Positions 24,690 through 36,720 of a stretch of 64,000 bases of DNA are shown one piece after another. The stretch covers positions 3,658,001-3,722,000 of the forward strand of contig CM060734.1 of assembly GCA_030704615.1 (NCBI GenBank). The letters run 5' to 3'. The position numbers and the translations under genes are program-made. The notes below the pieces were generated by a model. That model saw only the letters and a program-made list of their open reading frames with translations, searched no databases and was not told the DNA's origin. Position 1 is the stretch's first letter. Every line of letters begins with the position of its first letter. The stretch is from Takakia lepidozioides. Lineage: Eukaryota > Plantae > Bryophyta.

Positions 24690-25098
24690 AGGCGTGGCGG
24701 AGCCCGACTCCTACTCCTATTGTTTTTTTTTTTGCCACGCCCAATAGTCGCTTGCAACGACGCACTGACGTCCCTTGGCGTACCACCCGGCTTACGCCAC
24801 GTGTTTTTGGGTTTTAGGATGGGACTCCCGGGCAGGTTAGAAAAAATAAATAAATAAATGCGACGCCGCGCCGTCGCCCCCACCAACGCCGTCAGCTGGA
24901 GGGCCGCGACGGCGAGACGTCGTTCGAAGGAGGCCCCTGCCATCGGCGCGGATGGCCCGAAAAGCGACGTTCGGCAGTCGCGGGAGTTGGGGCGGGGGCT
25001 CGCGACCCCCATACGTCGCATTTTTGCGATGTCATTTTGGCGACGCCCATGCAACTGCCGGGCGACGCAAATTCGGCGCCTGCCGCTATGGTGTAGGG
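24690..25098. mobile_element. EnSpm-like end with GCGACG subterminal repeats and a CCCTA-type terminus
   Basis: Ends …TATGGTGTAGGG (reverse complement CCCTACACCATA); dense in CGACG/CGTCG motifs. Confidence 0.45.
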
Positions 25099-25759
25099 GC
25101 GTTGAATGAAGCACGCACCCTGTCACACACCATGCATCTAGCCACAAATTGTTGCACCTCTGTGTGCATACCACGCCACCAATACTGCCCATGCAGTAAA
25201 CTATGAGTGCGTCGCACTCCAAAATGCCCACGCTGCTTGACCAACAGAATTCCCACTGTCTAAACAAATATCACTGGTCCCTGCCCACCTCAACTCCATT
25301 TACAGCTCCCTACCCTTGCCTGCACCCAATATTAACCACCAAACAACACTTAATGATATACCAGACTGCAAACTGCCAAAATTGCAACCTCTTAATACAC
25401 AACTCTTCAAGCTGAATTAATTAACCCCCTCCCCCCCGGCTAGTAATCACTACCTCCCACTAACCAAATCAGCGCCGACTCCCAACCTCGAACCACCACA
25501 CCCAACCTCACCCACAGTACACAGTAAAGAGCTGTTTACTAACAAGGCATGCCACCACCTTGTCATGCGTTTACACTTCTTAATACCTCTCCTTACTCGA
25601 GCACCTCTCAGCCGCCACCCAGGCACAAAAGGCTAACGGCTCTAATTACTACACCAAGACAACCCTGCTGCCAGGCTACCTCACACTGCTGTCATACTGC
25701 CCCCACATATAGGCTGCAGCCACACCCCAAGCCAGCCACTTCCTCCCCCCCAACATTTG

Positions 25760-27170
25760 GCAATTTTCACGGAGCTGTCCGAAGAATCAATCAGCCGCTT
25801 GGTGGAGGCGGTGGTCGCCAAGACTTGCAAGGTAGGCAACTACTCTTGTGAGTTGTATCAGGAAATTGGCGCCTTGCGTAAAGGAGGTCAGTTAATGTTC
25901 GTGGATGGGATAATTTCCGGAACTAACGTGTCATTGTTGGTGGACACAGGAGCGTCGCACTCCTTCATGACATCGGCAACAGCACGAAAAATCCCGACAA
26001 GTGACGTGGGGGCCTCTATTGAGGTGCGTTCTGCCAAAGGAGAACCACAATTGGCGACGAGGTTGGCGTTCGATGTTCCTCTTCAACTGGGGAGTTGGAA
26101 GGGACGTGAGAACTTCACCATTTGCGAGATCGATGGAGTAGATCTCATTTTGGGGATGACATTTTTGAGCAAATCCGGAGCGGTCATAAATGGCCGCAAG
26201 AGAGTAGTCACGCTGCCGTGTGGGAATGGTGGCGAAGTTTTATGAGTGTCGGAAACGCCCAAACCCGTGGGAGGGCGAATAAACCTTCTGTCAGCAAGGG
26301 AGTGGGCCGTGGAGGAGCCACACAAGCCCCAGTTTTTGCTTTACGTAAGACAAGTGAAAGGAGAAGGCGATGGGGAGCCGAGCCCAGATTGGAGCAAGGG
26401 AATCTTGGAGAAATACCAGGATGTGATGCCGGAAGATTTACCAAGCGGCTTGCCACCGCGAAGGGGAGTTGACCACAAGATTGAGGTGATACCGGGATCG
26501 GAGCCGCCTGCCAAGGCGCCCTACCAGTTGAGCCACAAAGAGTTGGTCGAGCTGAAGACTCAGCTCAAGGATCTAATGTCAAAGGGGTATATCCGGCCGA
26601 GTAAGTCACCTTACGCTGCCCCGGTGCTATTCGCAGACAAGAAGGATGGGACGCTGCGGATGTGACACGATTACAGGGTTCTGAATAAGGTGACTATAAA
26701 AAACCGGTACCCTTTGCTAAGGATCGACGACCTTTTCGATCGGTTGGCAGGAGCAAAGTATTACAGCCGGATCGATTTGCGCTCCGGCTATCATCAAATT
26801 TGAGTGGCGGAAGGAGATGAGGAGAAGACCGCGTGCAGGACAAGGTATGGTTCATATGAGTTCTTGGTGATGCTTTTTGGGCTCACCAACGTACCCGCGA
26901 CCTTTAGCACGTTGATGAACAGCCTCTTCCAGGAGTGGCTAGATGACTTTGTGATCGTGTACATCGACGACATCTTGGTGTACTCGAAAACAAAGGAGGA
27001 GCACCTGGAGCACCTCAAAAGGGTGTTCCAGAAATTGCGGGAAGGGAAGCTGTATGCTAAAGCTTCAAAGTGCGAATTCGGGGTCACAAAAGTGGAGTTC
27101 CTGGGGCATGTGATTACACAAGATGGGATCAAAATGGATGACAGAAAGGTGAGGGCGATCTTGGACTGGT
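25760..27170 (+). mobile_element. Second, truncated copy of the chromovirus protease-RT region
   Basis: Closely similar to about 29610-31022 ([19 protein letters not shown]), with premature stops and no LTRs. Confidence 0.92.
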
Positions 27171-27739
27171 GGCCGATGCGGATGCGGATGCGGGAGATGA
27201 TGCTTCGTGGATAGAGGCAATGGAAGACAGGGGATTGAAAATGCATGAGCGGTGAGCGGTGAACGCATGAGCATGAGCGGAGTATTCCGAACCACGCCCG
27301 AACCTACACCGAGCCACAATGAGAACCGAAAACAAAGCTTCCCGACGTCCCCGCATACCGATTTGTTTATACATAAAGGGGTCAATCTCGAATTTGCCAA
27401 AAATCATCAAAATTAGGGGGTAGAACGCCTATACCCATGCCCGGATTTTGGGTGGTATAGTCGCCACCGACTACAACAGAGCATGCGAATTAGAATTGTT
27501 CAAATTCTACAAATTCGTCCAATTTCAATGTGGTGAGAAGAACTTGGTTATTATTATGTGGTGAAAAGAAGTTGGTTGTTATTATAGTCGGCACCAACTA
27601 CGTCACCCCAGTGGTACAACAACCTTCATAAATTTACGAACTACGTTCATGAGTAGAGGTACTGTGTAGTCGGCACAGACTATAGTCGGCATAGACTACA
27701 GTTGGCATCGACTTCATGTCCGAATGTCGTTCCACAAAG

Positions 27740-28465
27740 TGTCGCGGCCCTTTGCCTTGAGGGCAGGGGGTCGGGACACATGAGGGGCTGCCCCTGTAGT
27801 GGGGGCATCGGCAGCGATAGGTATGGGGGGCTGAAGCACCCTTGAGTGCCCAAGGCACTCAAGGAGGCGGAGGCGCTCACTAGGTGGAGCCCCGCACACC
27901 GGGTTGCGATGGGGGTGGCTCCACAAGGGGTGGTGGTAGCTTAGCGGGACTTAGTGGGGGTGGCATAGGACTCACCATGGGGGCGGAGACCTCGTGGTGG
28001 GAGTCGTGGGGAGCCTTGGGACTCATCACGGTCCATAGGGGCCGTGATGAGTGGGCCAAGACTCACCGCGACTCATCACCGGGAGTCGAGGGTTTTCGTG
28101 GTGGTTCGCCATAAAATGGCATGGCTGGTTATGAAACCCCCGCGGACAGCTACAGAAGTATATATAGGGAGTAGTAACCCCAAGAACGGTGCAAGCCCGT
28201 TGGTGACCAAAAACTAGTGAGTAAGCGAACGAGCCGGAAAGCGACCAAAGAGTGGGGAGCTGTTCCGGACTGCCATCTACCAAAGGGAATTCTCCTAGTC
28301 CCCAATAGGTGGAGGGTTTAGAGGGAAGCGAAGGGGGACCGTTATGTCCCGGTGAGCAGCCAAAGCTCCAAGTTGGCCCGGGCGGCTAGGTTGGGAGTCA
28401 GGCGCGCGCATCAAAGCGAGTAACTATGACTTGAAGGGGAGCTTACCGAAGTGAGGTGCGCGACA
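27740..28465 (+). repeat. 5' LTR
   Basis: TGTCGCG…CGCGACA; about 10 substitutions relative to the 3' LTR by eye. Confidence 0.97.
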
Positions 28466-28467
28466 CT

Positions 28468-28479
28468 TGGTATCAGAGC
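28468..28479 (+). promoter_or_regulatory. Primer binding site for tRNA-iMet
   Basis: TGGTATCAGAGC, 2 nt after the LTR end. Confidence 0.95.
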
Positions 28480-28625
28480 TTAGAGTTCAGTACACGATCG
28501 TCCTTGGGATTGGCCTCATCACGGGGTCGGGCAAGCCAAAGTGAAAGCGGAACGGCCCAAAAGATGATGATCCTGGTGAGCCGGATGGGGGCGGCGTGTC
28601 ACCAAGGCGGCCGTTTGAGGAAGCG

Positions 28626-31600
28626 ATGAATGTTTCCGAAAGCGAGGCCGCTCAAGAGCGGGAGGAATCCGAGGAGTTGGAGCCCGAGGAATCCTTGAGA
28701 GCTCCGACAAACCAAGAGATGCCTCCCATGCCGGCAGCCTTTTGGGAAGGGTTGTTGGCGCAGTTTGGCGGGACGTTGAAAGACGTGTTGAAGGCGGCTA
28801 ATGCCACTTCCACTAAGGCAAAGTTTAAGGTGAAGCCTAAAGAACCCGGCACCTTCGAGGGCGTTCGAAATCGGAAGGCACTCAACACCTGGCTCCTGGA
28901 GCTAGAGCAGTACTTCCGGGCGGCCAAGTTGAGTAACGATGATCGGGTGGAAGTGGCTCCCACCTATTTGAGGGGCTATGCTCAACAATGGTGGCAGAAA
29001 TGCCTTCACGACCGAGGCCCAAGCCCGGAAACCTTGAACTGGAGTGGGTTCAAGGAATTGATGAAGAGACAGTTTGTACCCCTCAACGCGTCCTGGCTTG
29101 CTCGGGACAAGATGAGGAATTTGAAGCAAACAGATGACATTTGGGGGTATGTCCAGGCTTTCAATGTGCTGTTGCTCGAAGTCGCGGACATGGCAGAACC
29201 AGAAATGGTCTTCAACTTTGTGGCGGGACTGGCCCCATGGGCCAGGCGGAAGTTGGAGGAGAAGCCATCCAAGACTTTGAACGAGGCAATTGAGAGGGCT
29301 GAATGTTTCTCGGATGTCCCTAGGGGTGAGACAAGGCCGTACGGAGCTGAACCACAAGAAGACCCGGCGGGAAGGTGACTCTTTCCGACCGGAAAAGAAG
29401 TGGGATAGGCCACGCGGCGATAATGGCACGTGGAAATCGAAGGGAGGGCCTTCACACGTCAAGGCGGCACCCGGTGCTTCGAAAGGAAAAGCGGGTGGAG
29501 CGGCTTATGGCGGACAAAAGGCGACCTTTGATGGAGTGTGTTTCAATTGCGGGGAGCCCGGGCACATGGCCAAGAAGTGCACGAAGCCCCGGCAATTGAA
29601 CATGACTCGGGCGACCACGGAGCTGTCGGAAGATACCATCAGTCGCTTGGTGGAAGCGGTGGTCGCTAGGACTTGCAAGGTAGGCAACTATTCTTGTGAG
29701 TTGTATCAGGAAACTGGCGCCCTGCGTAAAGGGAGTCAGTTATTGTTCGTGGATGGGATAATATCCGGAACTAATGTGTCGTTGTTGGTGGACACAGGAG
29801 CGTCGCACTCCTTCATGACACCGGCGGCGGCACAAAAGCTGGGACTCCCGACAAGTGACGTGGGGGCCTCTATTGAGGTGCGTTCTGCCAAAGGAGAACC
29901 ACAGTTGGCGACAAGGTTGGCGTTTAATGTTCCTCTTCAACTGGGGAGTTGGGAGGGACGTGAGAACTTCACCATCTGCGAGATCGATGGAGTAGATCTC
30001 ATTTTGGGGATGACCTTTCTGAGTAAATCCGGAGCGGTCATAGATGGCCGCAAGAGAGTAGTCACGCTGCCATGTGGGAATGGTGGCGAGGTCTTACGAG
30101 TGTCGGAAACGCCCAAATCCGTGGGAGGGCGAATAAACCTTCTGTCAGCAAGGGAGTGGGCCGTGGAGGAGGCACACGAACCCCAGTTTTTGCTTTACAT
30201 TAGAGAAGTGAAGGGAGAAGGCGATGGGAAGCCGAGCCCAGATTGGATCAAGGGGATTTTGGAGAAATACCAGGATGTGATGCCGGAGGATTTACCAAGC
30301 GGTTTGCCACCGCGAAGAGGAGTTGACCACAAGATTGAGGTGATACCGGGATCGAAATCGCCTGCCAAGGCGCCCTACCGGTTGAGCCACAGAGAGTTGG
30401 TCGAGCTGAAGACTCAGCTCAAGGATCTAATGTCAAAGGGGTACATCCGGCCGAGTAAGTCACCTTACGGAGCCCCGGTGCTATTCGCAACAAGAAGGAT
30501 GGGACGCTGCGGATGTGTGTCGATTACAGGGCTCTGAATAAGGTGACTATCAAAAACCGGTACCCTTTGCCAAGGATCGACGACCTCTTCGATCGGTTGG
30601 CAGGAGCGAAGTATTTCAGCCGGATCGACTTGCGCTCCGGCTATCATCAAATTCGGGTGGCGGAAGGAGATGAGGAGAAGACCGCATGCAGGACAAGGTA
30701 TGGTTCATATGAGTTCTTGGTGATGCCTTTTGGGCTCACCAATGCACCAGCGACCTTTAGCACGCTGATGAACAGCCTTTTTCAGGAGTGGTTGGATGAC
30801 TTTGTGATCGTGTACATCGACGACATCTTGGTGTACTCAAAAACAAAAGAGGAGCACCTGGAGCACCTCAAAAGGGTGTTCCAAAAGTTGCGGGAAGGGA
30901 AGCTGTACGCCAAAGCTTCAAAGTGCGAATTCGGGGTCACGAAAGTGGAGTTCTTGGGGCATGTGATTACACAGGATGGGATCAAAATGGATGACAGAAA
31001 GGTGAGGGCGATCTTGGACTGGGAGCCTCCGACTTCGGTCCCGGGAGTGCGATCCTTCGTAGGACTCGCCTCCTATTACCGGAAGTATGTGAGAAATTTC
31101 GCCAAGATCGCGGGGCCGTTGTCAGACCTTCTGTGTAAATCCAAAGTCTGGGTATAGAACACATTTTGTGGCCAAGCTTTTGCTGAATTGAAGCAGCGGA
31201 TGGCGGAAGCTCCAGTCTTGAAAATCCCGGAGTTCGATCGTCCATTTGAGATTCATACAGATGCGTCGGACTTCGCGATTGGGGGTGTACTTATGCAAGA
31301 TGGACGTCCAGTGGCTTACGAAAGTAAGAAACTGAATGAAGTGGAGCGACGGTGGCCTACGCACGAAAAAGAGATGAAGGCAGTGGTGCATTGCCTTGAG
31401 CTATGGCGCCACTATGTTGGTTCCAACCCAGTGAAGGTGTTCACGGACAATGTCACGGTGAAGTATTTTGCCACGCAGCCCAAGTTGTCCCCAAAACAAC
31501 TTAGGTGGCAAGATACTTTGGCGGTGTTCGACGTGGATATCCAGTACAAACCGGGACGAGACAACGTGGTGGCCGATGCTTTAAGTAGAAAGCAGCAGCT

Positions 31601-33082
31601 CTTGTTGGTGTACAAGGGCGAGACGACGCTCCAAAGGAAGATCCGAAAGGCTTGCCGGAAGGATGAGCTGGCGAAGTCCGTGATGCAGGACTTGAGGATG
31701 GGGGTTAAATCGCAGTTCCACTTGCAAAATGGACTGCTCCGGTATAAGCAAAAACGTCTCTACGTGCCAAAGGGAGGGATCAGAGATAGCCTCTTGAGAG
31801 AATGCCATGATAGCCCGTTTGCGGGCCACGGCGGAGCCAAGCGCACTGCGGCACTCTTGAAGAAAGAGTATTTCTGGCCCAAACTGAGGGAGGAGGCAGA
31901 GGAGTATGTCAAGACATGCACCACATGCCAACAAAACCGGAGCGAGTACAAAAAGCAAGCGGGGCTGTTACAACCCTTGCCGATTCCAGAGGGGACTTGG
32001 GAAAGCGTCTCGATGGATTTCATGACTGCTATGCCGCTGTCAAAAGGATTCGATGCAATCATGGTGGTGGTGGTGGATAGGTTCAGTAAAATGGGCCATT
32101 TCATCTCCACCAAGGAGACGGCAACGGCGGAGGAGACAGGGCGACTTTACTTTGCCCACGTCTTAAAGCATCATGGAGTCCCTAAGGATATTGTCTCGGA
32201 TCGCGATCCAAAGTTTACGAGTAAATTTTGGAGGACACTTTTGAAGAATATGGGGACGAGGCTGAAGATGAGCACCGCCTTCCGACCTACGACCGACGGC
32301 CAAACAGAAAGGGTGAATTCCGTAGTGAAGCAGATCTTGCGGAATTACGTGTCGGCAGACCAAACAGACTGGGTGGAACACTTAGACGCGGCAGAGTTCT
32401 GTTATAATAACACAGAACACTCCGCAACGGGAGTTTCCCTTTCGTATTGGTCTATGGAGAAGCACCTCTGGTGCCGACAAGTTGGGCCGCCCAGGACGTT
32501 GAGGAACCGACAGTAGCGGCGGTACTGGAAGAACGCGAGCGTTTGTTGAAGCTCGCAAAGTACAACATTGCCAAAGCCAGGAAACGGTATGAAAGGCAGG
32601 CGAATCGGAAGCGGAGGGAAGTGAAGTTTGAGGCAGACACAGAGGTCTGGTTGAACATCAAGAATTTCCAACTACCTCCGGAAGTGAGTCCGAAGTTCGT
32701 ACCTCCGTATGCGGGACCCTTTCGCATTCGGAAGGTTATGAATGAGGATGTGTATGAATTGGAGCTGCCGGCAAACAGCAAGGTGCACCCAGTATTCCAT
32801 GTCTCCCTTTTGAAGCCTTACTTCAAAGATGAAGCGCGTCCGAATCGGCATCAAGTGTTGCGTCCGCCACCTATGCTGTTGGATCATGAAAATGAACCTG
32901 AGTACAAGGTGGAGGCAATACTTAAGTCGAGGAGGTTCAAGAACCGAGAAACGGAGTATCTCGTCAAATGGAAGGGCTATCATCATGTGGAGGCATCTTG
33001 GGTGCGTGCCTCAGAAATGGGAAACGCATCCGAGGCGGTTGCAGCTTTCGAAGGGCGACCTCAAAAGCAGAAGAAACGTTGA
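28626..33082 (+). pseudogene. gag-pol with frameshifts and a stop (five ORF pieces)
   Basis: Gag (…PTYLRGYAQQWW…), Zn knuckle CFNCGEPGHMAKKC, protease DTGAS, RT YIDD, RNase H TDASD…ADALSR, integrase H-H-C-C and D-D-E, GPF motif, chromodomain EYKVEAIL…YLVKWKGY…ASW. Breaks near 29.3, 30.49, 31.15 and 32.44 kb. Confidence 0.95.
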
Positions 33083-33986
33083 TGGGGACATCAACCTTAG
33101 AGCGTGGGGGAGGAAATGCATGCTTAGCCCGACTTAGCTAGCTTAGGAATCCGATTACAAAAACTTGTATTGTACAAAAATTTGTTATAAAGGAAATGGG
33201 TTCCAAATGTTGTGCGTCCTATTTTGTTTGGAATGGTGATGCATGGTATGGTTGGCTAGTGTGTAGAATGCATGCTAGCTTATAAAAGTGGGAGAGGTAA
33301 ATTGGGTTAATCGTGTGTTTGCGTAGTGCCGAAATCGGGTGACCCCCATCCAAGGGGCAAGGAAACTTGCGACTTCTTTGGGAGTTCACGTGCTAGTGTG
33401 CACCTGGCGCGTGCGCGTACTATAACTGCGCTACCAAGGGGGTTGCCTTGTAGTGCGGGCTAACGCGGAAGCTAAGTGCTTCCGTTCACGTACTATAATC
33501 GTGTAGCCTCGGGACGAAGTCGTAGTGCGGCTTCGGCGTGTTCCCGTACCTCAGGCTAGCATTCCAAGGCGGACCCAATTGTAGTGATTGGGGCGCACGG
33601 TTGGTTCAAGGTTATCTTCCTAGTCAAAGAGGGTTCCAGGGAACCCTTGCTCAAGGTGATGCCAAAAGTGGCATCATGAGCGATCGCAAGCAATGTTGTT
33701 GCAGTAAGGCGATTCGATCCTCGGGGAGGATCGTTCCTTGGCCTTGAAGTAGGCCAAGAAGAGTGCACTGGGAGGAGCTGGAGAGGCTCCACCCTTGGCC
33801 GGGACTTGGAGGAAGTCGGCCGAACTAGCTAGTGGAGAGTAGAGTCAAGTGTGGGGTTTGGTTCTTTGCCATGGGACGCCATGGTGCGGAAACAAACTCC
33901 TTGATGTGGGACGCCACAACTTGGATGTTCGTTTCTACAAATAGACAAGTCGATGAGGACATCGACTCCCTGTTGGTAGGGGTGTG

Positions 33987-34712
33987 TGTCGCGGCCCTTT
34001 GCCTTGAGGGCAGGGGGTCGGGACACATGAGGGGCTGCCCCTGTAGTGGGGGCATCGGCAGCGATAGGTATGGGGGGCTGAAGCACCCTTGAGTGCCCAA
34101 GGCACTCAAGCAGGCGGAGGCGCTCACTAGGTGGAGCCCCGCACACCGGGTTGCGGTGGAGGTGGCTCCACAAGGGGTGGTGGTAGCTTAGCGGGACTTA
34201 GTGGGGGTGGCATAGGACTCACCATGGGGGCGGAGACCTCGTAGTGGGAGTCGTGGGGAGCCTTGGGACTCATCACGGTCCATAGGGGCCGTGATGAGTG
34301 GGCCAAGACTCACCGCGACTCATCACCGGGAGTCGAGGGTTTTCGTGGTGGTTCGCCATAAAATGGCATGGCTGGTTATGAAACCCCCGCGGACAGCTAC
34401 AGAAGTATATATAGGGAGTAGTAACCCCGAGAACGGTGCAAGCCCGTTGGTGACCAAAAACTAGTGAGTAAGCGAACGAGCCGGAAAACGACCAAAGAGT
34501 GGGGAGCTGTTCCGGACTGCCATCTACCAAAGGGAATTCTCCTAGTCCCAAATAGGTGGAGGGTTTAGAGGGAAGCGAAGGGGGACCGTTATGTCCCGGT
34601 GAGCAGCCGAAGCTCCAAGTTGGCCCGGGCGGCCAGGTTGGGAGTCAGGCACGCGCATCAAAGCGAGTAACTATGACTTGAAGGGGAGCTTACCGAAGTG
34701 AGGTGCGCGACA
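33987..34712 (+). repeat. 3' LTR
   Basis: Preceded by the purine-rich GGTAGGGG tract and followed by the CAAAG TSD. Confidence 0.97.
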
Positions 34713-35919
34713 CAAAGTGGAATGTCACCTGTTAAACAGAAACGTAGCCCTAACAACACAAGGCCATCACTTTGGCTCCTTTCTATTCTATTTTCTACAT
34801 GCACGAGCAGGAAAATGATTGCCGCAAACGTTTCCCACTCCCTCCAATGGCTATAGTCGTTGTCGACTACTCCTTAAGCGGCCATTGGATACTATTCCAC
34901 GGAAAATAAATAACAAAGTTCCGAATGTCAAATGCGTCAATTTTAACCATGTTCAAAAAATCCGGACCTATTACCGCGCATTTTTGTCGCGCGCCTATAC
35001 CCGTGATGGAGGTCACAGTGCCTATAGTCGGCACCGACTACCTATCCATTAAATTTTTTTCTCATATAGTCTGCACCGACTATTTAGGTTCGGCAACTCC
35101 CGAACCAAATCTCGATAAACCACATTTGCGGTCTATGGGCCACAACGATGGCTATCATACCTATTTTTTACCTCAAAAGCAATGGGAAATTGCGTGGTGG
35201 CAGGCCAAAATCCGAGAATATTCCTTGGATTATGCTCTGCTCATGCTCACCGCTCATGTAAAAGGAGGACAAAGACGAGGATGACGATGAGGATAATGAC
35301 AAGGATGACGATGTACAAGAAGAGGAAGATCCTATTGTGCCGCCTCCTATTGACCCTCCAGTCGTGCAAGAGCCATATGAATATATGGATGATGATTCAG
35401 CTTCTGATCATGACTCTCTTGAGAGGGGTCAATATAGTGACTTCGATGAGGACAATAGACAGGAGTTGGAGCTTCATGAGGAAGATGATGTCCCTCCCAA
35501 TGACATGATGTAGTACCCACGCGGCACATTATTACAAGGCGAACAGGGCAACTACTTCGGAACCAAATTGACCAACCAAGAGGATGTCTCCCACCATGAT
35601 GTACAACAATTTGCCAATATGACAAGAACAATTGCAAATTGTTGTATATCATAGTGATAAACGTTTTTTTGGTTAGTCAATATGGTTTTGAAGTACTTGC
35701 ACTCCAATTTCACCGGCCTCCATTTATCCCCATACTGTGAGGGGATGCACATGTTTGCGATGACATGTGCTAGTACGACTATTAGGGCTGGCACCGAGCT
35801 ATTTGCATCCTACGAGTTCTTGAGAGATGTTTGGGACCTCCAGATACAGCATGAGTAGGATGTGTGTGACAGAACTAGGGCTGCTTTGAGATCGGGATCG
35901 CGTAGAAGGGCATTGTAGA

Positions 35920-36720
35920 TATTCTCATGATGCACTTTCGATACATTTGATTAACCGATTGATGTGAATATTTCTTCTTGATACTCATCTTTTGCGACTT
36001 TGTATTGGTGATCTGAACATACTTAAGCACGTGTGGACCAAAGATGAGCTTGAACCAAATTCATTTAATGGGTCATTCAAGGGATGAAGGTAACTACGTG
36101 TCGTATAGACGGAAAACTATGTTTCGCCTGCACATGATTTTTTTTTTGTTCCATTCTCCAGCCATATGCTTAATGACAGCGTGTGCAATGTGCGTGCAAA
36201 ATTTCGCAGCAAAAAAAAATCATCTGAACCCAAAACCATATTTTCTTCCCTCGTTTGCATTCCGAAGATTAAGTTCTCTTCACTTCATGCACTCTTCATA
36301 AAGAGTTTTGCAATAGTGACCCAAGATTTTTTTTAATTATTATTATTATTATTTTTCCTTTTTTTTTTGGTCCAATCTTTTGCATGGATGTAGTAGTCCA
36401 AAGTCTGAATTCAAAGAACAAAATAGAGCAAAAATAAAATCATTACGCCCCTCAAAACCGCAATCCTAAATATGCTAAATCATAATACTTATTTAAAATT
36501 CATTAAAATTCTATTTAATCAGAAATAGTTCTATTAGTGACTCCCTGGGGGTCGCTACTACTATCAGCGCCTTCCCTGAGGTCGCTTCAAGTCCCTAAAC
36601 AATAACCCGACGCTGTTAACAGCGACCCCTAGGCCGTTGCTGTCAAAATTTTTTGTTCATATTTTTGGGGGTGCTATCAGTGCCTTCCTAGGAGTCGCTT
36701 CAACTTCCTAACAATAACCC
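35920..36720. repeat. Dispersed TE-internal repeat; other copies at about 37970-38640 and 40480-40880 and their duplicates
   Basis: Shared block …ACTACGTGTCGTA.AGACGGAAAAC…GTTTCGCCTGCACATGATT…CCATATGCTTAATGACAG…. Confidence 0.8.

Larger units (their letters stand above)
27740..34712 (+). mobile_element. Full-length Ty3/Gypsy chromovirus LTR retrotransposon
   Basis: Paired 726-bp LTRs, CAAAG TSD (27735-27739 and 34713-34717), primer binding site, and domain order gag-PR-RT-RH-INT-chromodomain. Confidence 0.97.
27242..35260. mobile_element. Non-autonomous TIR element (about 1.04 kb without the nested Gypsy)
   Basis: Terminal inverted repeats TGCATGAGCGGTGAGC / GCTCACCGCTCATGTA match at 15/16; probable AAA TSD; repeated TAGTCGGCACCGACTA palindromes on both sides of the Gypsy. 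Confidence 0.7.
27171..35650 (+). mobile_element. Acidic C-terminal tail of a CACTA transposase, interrupted at 27242-35260
   Basis: DAGDDASWIEAME…KEDKDEDDDED…DFDEDNRQELELHEEDDVPPND is similar to the tail at 20735-21010 (DADDGGWVEGVE…DQEDLQLDEDEEAPDDD). Confidence 0.55.

Noticed and set aside
19848-25098. Single intact CACTA element bounded by CACTA and CCCTA ends
   Set aside because: The termini match poorly (CACTACAGCAAAT vs CCCTACACCATAG) and the flanking trinucleotides do not form a TSD.
33380-33560. Ribozyme in the chromovirus 3' UTR
   Set aside because: Two imperfect repeats and possible stems are present, but I found no hammerhead core (CTGATGA…GAAA) or other recognisable motif.
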